Virus record (IMG/VR): IMGVR_UViG_3300037189_004270
Location: 6,607-70,606 of that record
Length of the DNA: 64,000 bases
Direction: 5' to 3' (one strand)
From: a virus
Every line of letters starts with the position of its first letter. The first letter of the stretch is position 1. This document shows positions 49,314 to 57,849 of this stretch, piece after piece. The position numbers and the translations under genes are program-made. Under the pieces are notes generated by a model. The model saw only the letters and a list, made by a program, of their open reading frames with translations, was not told where the DNA came from and searched no databases.

Positions 49314-50519
49314 ATGATTTTATATAAGAATCCTAGTAATGGATACTGGCGTATACCACAAGAAATACGGAGAAAGTCGGGATCTTCTATAACTTCCGAC
49401 CCAACGTACATATATTGGAATAACGGGGGTGCATGGAATATTAAGTATGGTCAGAACGCTCCTCCCACGACTGGTTCAGATGCCCTACCTCAGCCGCACC
49501 CATTCTGGTTCTATAGCCTTAATCCAACATTTAATGCAAATGAAGGAAACTACTTTAATGACATAAATGAGTATTGCTTTAGTACAGAAAGTAGTAATCC
49601 ATCCAGTCATGGAAGATATGCTGCAGGAATAGGTGCATGTACTATATATTTAAGACAAGGACAGTCAGACGGATTAAGTGACTGTTTAATAAAGCCCAAA
49701 TTTGAATTAAATGTAATTGCTAATGGAACTGCTAGATATAGAACAAAAGTTACTGTTAGTAGTAGGAATCCAACGCATCCTAGTGGAAGATTTTTTAGAT
49801 TAACTATTAATGCAATAAGAGGCGGCGGTGGAGACTCATATGTTCAGTTATCAGAATTTTCTATGCTAGGATTAAATGGCGCTGAATTAAATGGAACATA
49901 TACAAATGTTAATGGAAGTTCTCCAGGAACAGAAGGCCCAACTAACTTAGGTGATGAGAATACATCAACAAAATGGCTTAACTTTACAGGAACAGGATCA
50001 ATAGTACAAATAGATATGGGATCTACAGTTAATGTATTTGGATATAGATTGGCTACCGCTAATGATGCAAATCATAGAGATCCAGTATCCTGGACCCTGG
50101 AATCTTCAAATAATGGAGCAACATGGACAACTATTGCATCTGTATCTAATTTCGGTACACCAACAGCGAGATTTACATATTTCACAGCAGATCAATTTTC
50201 TTTAGTGCCAACTATTTTATCTGGATTCTGGTTTAATACATATTCTGGTGGGGCTAATTTAATACCTGGGCAATCCAAGCCATCAGGACTTGGAACATCC
50301 TGGGGTCCTCCAGCAAACTTTAGTAGAACTACTAATATAACAACATCTGGTCAACCACAAACAACATGGGATGCTACTACAAAGGTTTATACCTGGGATG
50401 TGACATTAGCAGCAGGGAATACTTTCCTTAGACCAATTATAAAAATTGAAAATAAATCGTTCTTAGGAACAGAGCAGTCTATAACTATTAGTGATTGGTT
50501 GGTATCAAGAACAGCATGA
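49314..50519 (+). CDS. Putative receptor-binding protein with a discoidin (F5/8C)-like domain
   Basis: TKWL...YRLATANDA..RDP.SWTLE.SN.G.TWT; RFFRL.I...VQLSEF. Confidence 0.65.
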   Translation: MILYKNPSNGYWRIPQEIRRKSGSSITSDPTYIYWNNGGAWNIKYGQNAPPTTGSDALPQPHPFWFYSLNPTFNANEGNYFNDINEYCFSTESSNPSSHGRYAAGIGACTIYLRQGQSDGLSDCLIKPKFELNVIANGTARYRTKVTVSSRNPTHPSGRFFRLTINAIRGGGGDSYVQLSEFSMLGLNGAELNGTYTNVNGSSPGTEGPTNLGDENTSTKWLNFTGTGSIVQIDMGSTVNVFGYRLATANDANHRDPVSWTLESSNNGATWTTIASVSNFGTPTARFTYFTADQFSLVPTILSGFWFNTYSGGANLIPGQSKPSGLGTSWGPPANFSRTTNITTSGQPQTTWDATTKVYTWDVTLAAGNTFLRPIIKIENKSFLGTEQSITISDWLVSRTA

Positions 50520-51097
50520 GTATTTTTACAAAACCATTTAGATGTGAAATACCTCGCAACTTAAATAATGAAGAGGGATACGCTAGAGGTGTAGAGTTTA
50601 TAAACACTATTATTTCTGGTGGCTGGCCCGAAGAATTATCTGGATCATGGATCAATTTTATTGATGATGGTACTAACTATACAATTGCTGTATATTTTAA
50701 TGATCATTTCCCTGAAGCGCATATAGAAGAAACAGATTCTCCATACTTTATTAATTATCCAGAAAATTATCCAGATGCATATATGTCATGGAATAAAAAT
50801 ACTGGTCAAATATTTGAAGCATATGTAAAGCCTACATTAAGAAGAACTGGGATTGCTACTGTAATAGCACTACTAATATGTATACATCGGGCGCAAAATA
50901 ACGATGAGTACTATACAATTAAGCCAGATGCTTCAAATTCTTCAGTAATGCAACTAATTGATGCTATACAAACTAGATATGGGATAGGTCCAACTAGAGA
51001 TCCTCAACAACTATTTAATTCTGGTATAGTATATACGCAATTTGAATCCATAGAACTAGAAGAAGCAGATCAACTTTTTGGAGGAACCAATGAATGA
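50516..51097 (+). CDS. GNAT-like acetyltransferase
   Basis: EAYVKPTLRRTGIAT (motif A-like); paralog of the next gene. Confidence 0.6.
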   Translation: MSIFTKPFRCEIPRNLNNEEGYARGVEFINTIISGGWPEELSGSWINFIDDGTNYTIAVYFNDHFPEAHIEETDSPYFINYPENYPDAYMSWNKNTGQIFEAYVKPTLRRTGIATVIALLICIHRAQNNDEYYTIKPDASNSSVMQLIDAIQTRYGIGPTRDPQQLFNSGIVYTQFESIELEEADQLFGGTNE

Positions 51098-51596
51098 GGT
51101 TATTACCATTCCTGAACTAGACGAGGGAGCGTGGCCTATAGAGTTTTCAGGGATGTGGATGAATACATTTAAAAACGCTACAAGGAATACCCAAATCTTT
51201 TCTCTTTATGCAAATTCTAATCACGAAGATGGAGACATTCTTGATACCGAAAATAGTCTTTCTATTAATCAACCATTCGATTTGCCAGATGCCTATATCT
51301 CAGTATATCTAGATAGTGGTGCTATTGCAGAAGTATATGTCAAGGCTTCACTCCGTGGACAAAAAATTGGAACTATGCTCTGTGCTTTCGCTAGGTCTTA
51401 TTTACTAAAAAATGATATCATAGTAGTAGCGCCCAGCGGTATGACAAATGCCGCTGAGAGTCTTTATAAGTACATTTCTTCAGAGTTTGGGGAGCCATAC
51501 GTTGAGCCAGAGGGAGTTCCTCTGTTTTATGCATACACAGACTTTAACGGAGGATGGACTATTGGAAAAATCAGAGAGGTAGAGACAAATGTCTAA
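51090..51596 (+). CDS. GNAT-like acetyltransferase
   Basis: EVYVKASLRGQKIGT...TNAAESLY (motifs A and B). Confidence 0.65.
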   Translation: MNEVITIPELDEGAWPIEFSGMWMNTFKNATRNTQIFSLYANSNHEDGDILDTENSLSINQPFDLPDAYISVYLDSGAIAEVYVKASLRGQKIGTMLCAFARSYLLKNDIIVVAPSGMTNAAESLYKYISSEFGEPYVEPEGVPLFYAYTDFNGGWTIGKIREVETNV

Positions 51597-51771
51597 CAAC
51601 TTAGAATTAATTGTACAAGAACTACAAAATAGAATAGGTCAGATTACATCGAACTATGAACTTCAAATGGCTATGCTAAAGGCACAGGCTATGGAAGAAA
51701 TTAATAAGCGTGAAGAGATTATACAAAGTCTTCAGGCTACATCGGAGGAAGTAATTGTCAGCGATAAATGA
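51589..51771 (+). CDS. Small coiled-coil hypothetical protein
   Basis: ORF with SD. Confidence 0.6.
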   Translation: MSNNLELIVQELQNRIGQITSNYELQMAMLKAQAMEEINKREEIIQSLQATSEEVIVSDK

Positions 51772-52150
51772 GGCATATGCACGAATAGATGTTGCTATGA
51801 TTCAAGATCTAGTCAATCGCATAGCCAGCCTTGAAAAAAGAATGCCAGACGGACCAGTAGCAAAAATTAGAAATGAAGATAGGAACATCAAGGGAATTAA
51901 AATTTTTGCTAGAGCAGTTAATGTTTCATCTAATTCTTCAGATAGTATAAAGGTAGAATTTGGTAGTGGAACATTTAGTAACAATCCAATTATTACTGCA
52001 ACAGCATATGACCCTACTTCTGCAAGCGGAGAAACAGAGTCACCCACCCTAGTCATGAAAGATATCACTAAAACTTCTGTAACAATTGATATCAAAAGAA
52101 AAACTAAGGGAAGACTTATTATTCACGTTATTGCAATAGGGGATTCATAA
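51755..52150 (+). CDS. Hypothetical protein (small beta domain, fibre-tip-like)
   Basis: F...FSNNPIITAT...IHVIAIG. Confidence 0.55.
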   Translation: MSAINEAYARIDVAMIQDLVNRIASLEKRMPDGPVAKIRNEDRNIKGIKIFARAVNVSSNSSDSIKVEFGSGTFSNNPIITATAYDPTSASGETESPTLVMKDITKTSVTIDIKRKTKGRLIIHVIAIGDS

Positions 52151-52151
52151 A

Positions 52152-52412
52152 TTGAACTACAGGCCAATCTCAGATTGGCGAGGTAGAAAAAGAAAAGTAA
52201 TAGATGGATACTCGCTAGTTTGGGTTCCAGAACATCCTAAATGCTTTAATGGTGGATGGTACTATGAGCATAGACTTGTCATGGAAAAAAAATATTTTAG
52301 AATATTAAAGGACTGGGAAACTGTCCACCACATAAATAGTGACAAGGAATGCAATGAAGAGTATAATCTTTTCGTATGTACTCGCGCTCAACATATGAAG
52401 GCGCATAAATAG
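52152..52412 (+). CDS. HNH endonuclease (short)
   Basis: EHRLVME...VHHINSDKECN...NL...H...H. Confidence 0.8.
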   Translation: MNYRPISDWRGRKRKVIDGYSLVWVPEHPKCFNGGWYYEHRLVMEKKYFRILKDWETVHHINSDKECNEEYNLFVCTRAQHMKAHK

Positions 52413-52423
52413 ATAGGAATTTT

Positions 52424-53179
52424 ATGAATAACGACCTAAAGTGGATGATGGTTTCAGATGTTCACTTCCCTAGGCACGACCCGCGCAAGGTAGAACTTTT
52501 TCTCAAAGTAATGAAATGGTTCAAGCCAGATGCGGTAGATTTGCTTGGTGATATTGACGATGCAGATTCCACTAGTAGGTGGGCGGCAGACAAGCCACTA
52601 GAAATGTCAATATCTATAGATGATGGAGGAGTCCGTGAGACAAAGCAATTCCTTAAAGATATCAGAAAGATCGTCCCCAATGCTGATTGTCATTTTCACG
52701 ATGGGAATCATGGCTGGACTCGCCACGGCGAGTACCTTGCTAAGAAAGCGCCACAGTTCCTTGAAATAATCACAGCAGACACGCTATATGATTACTCTAA
52801 TGCTGGGTTTGAATGGCACAATTGGAACGAGCCTCCAGTACAACGCTTTGGAGATATCTATGGTCACCATGGAGAGTCTATCTCTAAGCACGCTGGAGAG
52901 TCAGTACGCAATGACGTAAATAACTGGGGAGTATCTCTAGTGCGTGGACATTCACATAGAATGGGTGCATACTTCCAGACATATAATCTGTCTGGTCAGG
53001 AATTACGCGGGTATGAAATTGGCCATCTCTGTGATGAAGACCAGATGGATTACTCTATTCAAAAGAACTGGCAAGCAGGATTCGCCGTTGCCCATGTTGT
53101 TAATGATTACCCACATATGCAACTAATTCAGATTCATGATTACACATGCGTAGTGGATGGAAAGATATTCCAGGCATGA
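52424..53179 (+). CDS. Calcineurin-like metallophosphoesterase
   Basis: SDVH, GDIDD, GNH, HG, GHSH. Confidence 0.9.
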   Translation: MNNDLKWMMVSDVHFPRHDPRKVELFLKVMKWFKPDAVDLLGDIDDADSTSRWAADKPLEMSISIDDGGVRETKQFLKDIRKIVPNADCHFHDGNHGWTRHGEYLAKKAPQFLEIITADTLYDYSNAGFEWHNWNEPPVQRFGDIYGHHGESISKHAGESVRNDVNNWGVSLVRGHSHRMGAYFQTYNLSGQELRGYEIGHLCDEDQMDYSIQKNWQAGFAVAHVVNDYPHMQLIQIHDYTCVVDGKIFQA

Positions 53180-53349
53180 ATCATAAAAAGTGTGGCGGAG
53201 GTAGAGTATTCATAGACAGAGTATTCTCTAACGAACTTAGATTAGAGTTGTTCTGTCTAAGATGTGGCAACAGATGGTTTATTAGAACTGCGAAAGGTGC
53301 GTTTGGACCGTGGCTAAACCGATTAGAAAAATCAAATCTAAGCCAATAA
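53176..53349 (+). CDS. Small zinc-ribbon protein
   Basis: HKKC...CLRCG; ATGA start at 53176. Confidence 0.6.
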   Translation: MNHKKCGGGRVFIDRVFSNELRLELFCLRCGNRWFIRTAKGAFGPWLNRLEKSNLSQ

Positions 53350-53822
53350 GATACTTCTACCTAAATGGAAATCATCATAAAGTACTAAGAATAAGTAGGC
53401 CAGAGGACATTATAGTTGCCTGGGACTATGAGAATAAAAAAAGAGTTTCCTATGTATGGTCAGTAGCAAAACAAAATATGCAAAAAGCATTTACTATAAG
53501 CGATGTAGTAAAAATATTTAGTAGAGATAGATGGGCCATACATAATTTTATTGAAGAAGGAAAAATAAAAAGACCAAAGCAGACCTACTCTTTAGAGAAT
53601 GGAAAGCCAGGTAAATTTTTATTTAGTGAAGATGATTTAAGAGATTTACATTCATATCTTCTAACAGTACATAGAGGTAGGCCGCGAAAAGATGGGGCCA
53701 TTACCCCAGGAAAAGTAATGACAAGGGCCGAATTAGAGGCTATGATGAAGCATGAAACAATTTTGTACACTAAAGATAAAGCAGGCGACTTTGTTCCAGT
53801 ATGGAAACAGCCAGATTGGTAG
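53310..53822 (+). CDS. Putative HTH DNA-binding protein
   Basis: FTISDVVKIFSRDRWAI..FIEEGKI (MerR/excisionase-like); RGRPRK. Confidence 0.6.
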   Translation: MAKPIRKIKSKPIRYFYLNGNHHKVLRISRPEDIIVAWDYENKKRVSYVWSVAKQNMQKAFTISDVVKIFSRDRWAIHNFIEEGKIKRPKQTYSLENGKPGKFLFSEDDLRDLHSYLLTVHRGRPRKDGAITPGKVMTRAELEAMMKHETILYTKDKAGDFVPVWKQPDW

Positions 53823-53825
53823 ATA

Positions 53826-54065
53826 ATGGGTAAAAAGAAAAAAGAAGAAGAACCACTAGTTTTAGATCAGGATGGCATACTCAATGAGTGTGCTACATCT
53901 TTAATGGCAGCATTTGGCTTTGCAATTGAGCATAGGGATATTGATTCCATGCTGGCAGTTTCAGATAGGTGGCTTAGACTATATGCTATGCTATCTCAGT
54001 TTGAAGAAGAATCAAGTTCTGAACAACTAAAGTTAGGATTTATTAATGACAACCCACAATCATGA
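53826..54065 (+). CDS. Hypothetical protein
   Basis: ORF in operon. Confidence 0.55.
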   Translation: MGKKKKEEEPLVLDQDGILNECATSLMAAFGFAIEHRDIDSMLAVSDRWLRLYAMLSQFEEESSSEQLKLGFINDNPQS

Positions 54066-54264
54066 ATCAACAAGTGTCAGGGTAGAACTACAATTTGTAA
54101 GAAATCTTGGTAACTACGAAAGCCTTAGAGTATCTATCGGCGTGGAAGATTATGTTCGGCAGGGAGAAACTGTTGACGCAGCAACTGATAGGGTGTATGA
54201 TTTCGTAGAGAGCAAGGTAGTTGAGAAGGTTTCGGAAATTGAGAAGGAGTTGAAGAATGGCTAA
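54046..54264 (+). CDS. Hypothetical phage protein
   Basis: RNLGNYESLRV motif. Confidence 0.65.
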   Translation: MTTHNHESTSVRVELQFVRNLGNYESLRVSIGVEDYVRQGETVDAATDRVYDFVESKVVEKVSEIEKELKNG

Positions 54265-54580
54265 GGCTGATGCAAAGCAGCCCTATGCACTTCTAAGCCT
54301 CTATGAAAAATTGTACTCTGAGAAGTATAACAAGGTTGCCCGACTTAACAAGTTTAAGGAAAAGTGGGCCATGCAAGATGTTATTGAATCAGTCGGATAC
54401 GAAAGGGCGAGAGAACTGCTTGAGTATTATTTTCGTGTTACTAAGCAGGGGCATCCACTTCAATGGTTCTTCTATAATTTCGACAGATTAGATGACATGC
54501 TGATACAATCAGAGGAAGATGCCCGTCGTCGCCAGAAGTTGCGAGAGGATACTAAGAAAATGGTGGAGGAAATGTCATGA
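54257..54580 (+). CDS. Hypothetical protein (possible helicase partner)
   Basis: Coupled to the helicase gene by ATGA. Confidence 0.6.
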   Translation: MAKADAKQPYALLSLYEKLYSEKYNKVARLNKFKEKWAMQDVIESVGYERARELLEYYFRVTKQGHPLQWFFYNFDRLDDMLIQSEEDARRRQKLREDTKKMVEEMS

Positions 54581-55803
54581 ACACAGAGGCAGCAGTAATT
54601 ACATCAGTATGTCAGAATAAAGATATTTCTACGATTCTGGCAGATAATGTTGATGATATCTTCCAGTCACACCGCGACGTTTGGGAAGGTCTAAAGTCTT
54701 ACTATTACAAGTTCAAGTCTGTTCCAGATGCCAATGTACTTCAGGAGAAGTTCCGCGACTTTGAGCCTGTTAAGGTTACTGCTGAGACTGGATACTACCT
54801 TGACCAACTAAAGAATGAATATCTTGCATCTCGTATGCGTAATCTACTTATGAAGAGTGGATCATCCCTAAAAGAGAATGCTGCTGCCAGAGTACTTGCA
54901 GATATGCAATCAGAAATTGCATCTCTTTCAAGATTGACTAATAACGTACGAGATGTTGATCTTACTGACTATGAGTTGGCAGAGAAGCACATTATCGCTG
55001 TCCAGGAACGCTCAGAAATTATGGGTGGTAGTCCAGGCATCAAGACTGGATTCACAGCCCTTGACCTAGCCTATCCTACAGGAATGGCCCCAGGACACCT
55101 TATTGTTGCAATTGGCTGGCCTGGTCGTGGTAAGACATGGCTTACCTCATATCTAGCATGTAAGGCTTGGGAGCAAGGGTTTAAGCCTATGATTGTATCC
55201 CTAGAGATGAGTCCAGAGAACATGCGTGATCGCATTTACACCATGCTTGGTAGCGGAATGTTTAGGGCTTCAGATTTTTCCCGTGGTAATATCAACATTG
55301 ATGACTTCCACAACTGGGCCAAGAAGCGCTTTGACGACAAGAATAGTTTTATCCTAGTATCTAACGAGGGGACAAATGAAGTTACGCCACAGACGGTTCA
55401 GGGTAAGATCGATCAGCATCGCCCCGACCTTGTTATCTTGGATTATCACCAGTTGTTTAATGACACTAAGCGATCTAATTCTGAAGTTGAACGGAACCGC
55501 AACATCTCGCGGGAATTCAAACTACTAGCAGTTCGTAATAATATTCCCGTAATTGATATTACCGCAGCCACAATGGATGATGTATCAGATCAAGATGCTC
55601 CACCTCTACTCTCACAGGTAGCATGGTCAAAGGCTATTGAATATGATGCTGACATGGCTATTGCGGTACATCGTCATCCAGATACAAATATTATTGAAGT
55701 TGTCTCACGAAAGAATAGGCACGGAACAAATTTCGCATTCTATCTAGACTGGGACATTGACCGTGGAGTTGTAAAAGAGATCTATGACGATATCCGTAGT
55801 TGA
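54577..55803 (+). CDS. dnaB: Replicative DnaB-like helicase
   Basis: GWPGRGKT, SLEMS, VILDY, IEYDAD, KNRHG. Confidence 0.92.
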   Translation: MNTEAAVITSVCQNKDISTILADNVDDIFQSHRDVWEGLKSYYYKFKSVPDANVLQEKFRDFEPVKVTAETGYYLDQLKNEYLASRMRNLLMKSGSSLKENAAARVLADMQSEIASLSRLTNNVRDVDLTDYELAEKHIIAVQERSEIMGGSPGIKTGFTALDLAYPTGMAPGHLIVAIGWPGRGKTWLTSYLACKAWEQGFKPMIVSLEMSPENMRDRIYTMLGSGMFRASDFSRGNINIDDFHNWAKKRFDDKNSFILVSNEGTNEVTPQTVQGKIDQHRPDLVILDYHQLFNDTKRSNSEVERNRNISREFKLLAVRNNIPVIDITAATMDDVSDQDAPPLLSQVAWSKAIEYDADMAIAVHRHPDTNIIEVVSRKNRHGTNFAFYLDWDIDRGVVKEIYDDIRS

Positions 55804-55812
55804 TGATATAAT
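55804..55812 (+). promoter_or_regulatory. Extended -10 promoter (TGATATAAT)
   Basis: Right after the dnaB stop. Confidence 0.55.
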
Positions 55813-55831
55813 GATTCAACAGGTAGATATC

Positions 55832-56110
55832 ATGAATAAAAAATTAAAGAGTTTTGTAATGCAAGGTCAGATAGCAGATGATGCTTCTATTCCTAGACTC
55901 CGAAAGCATTATGAAAATCTGATAGAAACAGATATGCGAATTCAGGGATATGTACCCATATTAGATCTTGACATACAATTTTCCTTAGAGTACGATGAAT
56001 CTACTGACACATACAATTTCGATATTGTTGTATACGGTGTATATGTTGGTAAGAAGAAAGCCCATCTATATGAGGGTTTTTCTGGACAAACGCTCATACC
56101 AAAACAATAA
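55832..56110 (+). CDS. Hypothetical protein
   Basis: ORF; start revised to the ATG after AGGT. Confidence 0.6.
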   Translation: MNKKLKSFVMQGQIADDASIPRLRKHYENLIETDMRIQGYVPILDLDIQFSLEYDESTDTYNFDIVVYGVYVGKKKAHLYEGFSGQTLIPKQ

Positions 56111-56118
56111 GGAAATAA

Positions 56119-57078
56119 ATGCTGTTGGAAAGTTATAGCGCCTCGCATATGCGAGCAATAGTAAAGCAACTTGGCCTACATGTCGTAAGCGAAACTTCTA
56201 ATGACTTTCTATGCCTATGCCCATTTCATGGAAATAGGCATACACCTTCATTCTCAGTAAGTCATCAAAAGGGTCTATACCTATGCTTCAATCCATCATG
56301 TGGTGTTAGTGGAACTATTGTTGAGTTGGTAAAAAACATCACGCATCGTAATGAATTTGAAGCACTAAGGTTTATCATGTCTGCCCAGCAGACAGCAAGC
56401 CAGAACTTTGAAGAAGAGTTGGCGGAAATTCTAGACGATAAGCCTGATTACCCGCACTTTGACCAAAATGTTTTAGATCGCCTACATTCTCAGATCAATG
56501 ATAGATCTAGAGAATATCTAAATGGGCGCGGCATCGATGATGAATCAATTGATCATTTTAAACTTGGATATTCTGCAAGTCAGGATATGGTAATTGTTCC
56601 AGTACATTCTCCAGATGGATTACCAGTAGGTCTTGTGGGTAGATCAATAGAGGGAAAATCATTTAAAAACAGTACTGGATTGCCAAGAAATAAAACTATG
56701 TTTAATATTCACCGTGCCAAAAGAATGGGTGGGACTGCTATTATTGTAGAGTCATCGTTCGATGCTATTAGAGTACATCAGTCTGGATATCCAAATGTTG
56801 TAGCCTCTCTAGGAGGCTCCATGTCAAAGATAAATCTTAATAACCTTAACAGGAACTTTAGTAAGATTATTATTATGACTGATGCTGACGAGGCGGGGAG
56901 AAGCCTTGGAAAACTAGTAGCAAATACATTAAAGACAAAAGAAGTCTTGTGGGCACATTACTCAAATGATATTCTATATCCACATGACGCTAAAGACGTA
57001 GGGGACATGACAGAAGAAGAGATTAGAACTTGTATAGAAAATTCCCTTGCAGACTACGAATACAGAATGGTACAATAG
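56119..57078 (+). CDS. dnaG: DNA primase
   Basis: CPFH...TPSF...CF..C zinc finger; TOPRIM IVES.FD...D.DEAG; KDVGD. Confidence 0.92.
   Translation: MLLESYSASHMRAIVKQLGLHVVSETSNDFLCLCPFHGNRHTPSFSVSHQKGLYLCFNPSCGVSGTIVELVKNITHRNEFEALRFIMSAQQTASQNFEEELAEILDDKPDYPHFDQNVLDRLHSQINDRSREYLNGRGIDDESIDHFKLGYSASQDMVIVPVHSPDGLPVGLVGRSIEGKSFKNSTGLPRNKTMFNIHRAKRMGGTAIIVESSFDAIRVHQSGYPNVVASLGGSMSKINLNNLNRNFSKIIIMTDADEAGRSLGKLVANTLKTKEVLWAHYSNDILYPHDAKDVGDMTEEEIRTCIENSLADYEYRMVQ
57068..57076 (+). promoter_or_regulatory. Extended -10 promoter (TGGTACAAT)
   Basis: At the end of dnaG, upstream of the SSB gene SD. Confidence 0.55.
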
Positions 57079-57122
57079 TAGTACAGGGCATAATATAGCC
57101 CAATATACATAGGAGATATACA

Positions 57123-57788
57123 ATGGGATTAGTAAAAGGTCTTAAGGCCATGAACCAAACAATTGATCGCCCCGCTGCTTCTTCAGACGGTCCTCGCGGT
57201 CGCTGGCTAAAGTTAAACGATGGTCAGAGCGTAAAGATTAAGTTTCTTCAGGAACTAGATCCTGATTCACCGAATTATAGCGATAAGGCTGGACTAGCAT
57301 TTATTGCTGTTGAGCATACCAATCCGTCTGACTACCGTCGCAAGGCTCTTTGCAGCATTGAAGATCAGGGTCGCTGCTTTGGATGCGAGATGCATCGTCG
57401 TGATCCAAAGGCTGGGTGGAAGGGTCGTAGCCGACTCTACTGCAACATCCTTGTAAACGATGGTAATGAAGATCCATACGTTGCAATTTTCTCTCAGGGT
57501 ACTGGTCCAAAGTCAGCCACTCCTGAGATTATCCAGTACGCTGGAGAGACTGGAAGCATCACTTCCAATACCTGGCGATTGAAGCGCACAGGAGAACGTA
57601 CCGATACAAACTACAGCATCATTCCACTACCTACTGATTCAGATCCAGTAGATATTGACGAACTGGAACTGTTTGATCTTGAGAAGATCGCAGTTCGTGA
57701 CGTTCCTTACGATGAGCAAGAAGGCTTCTACACAGGTGTTTCTGGCGGAGAAGATAGCGGTTCATCATCATCAAATGTTGAATGGTAA
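57123..57788 (+). CDS. Single-stranded DNA-binding protein (gp32-like)
   Basis: WLKL.DG....FL; H...C...C..C; KRTG...TNY; acidic tail ending in W. Confidence 0.75.
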   Translation: MGLVKGLKAMNQTIDRPAASSDGPRGRWLKLNDGQSVKIKFLQELDPDSPNYSDKAGLAFIAVEHTNPSDYRRKALCSIEDQGRCFGCEMHRRDPKAGWKGRSRLYCNILVNDGNEDPYVAIFSQGTGPKSATPEIIQYAGETGSITSNTWRLKRTGERTDTNYSIIPLPTDSDPVDIDELELFDLEKIAVRDVPYDEQEGFYTGVSGGEDSGSSSSNVEW

Positions 57789-57797
57789 ATAGAAGAT

Positions 57798-57837
57798 ATG
57801 CTACGCTAGGGCGGTAGAAATACCGCCCTAGCAGCAT
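57798..57837 (+). other. Perfect 12-bp hairpin with GAAA loop
   Basis: GCTAGGGCGGTA-GAAA-TACCGCCCTAGC; no U-tract. Confidence 0.75.
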
Positions 57838-57849
57838 TATAGGAGACAA

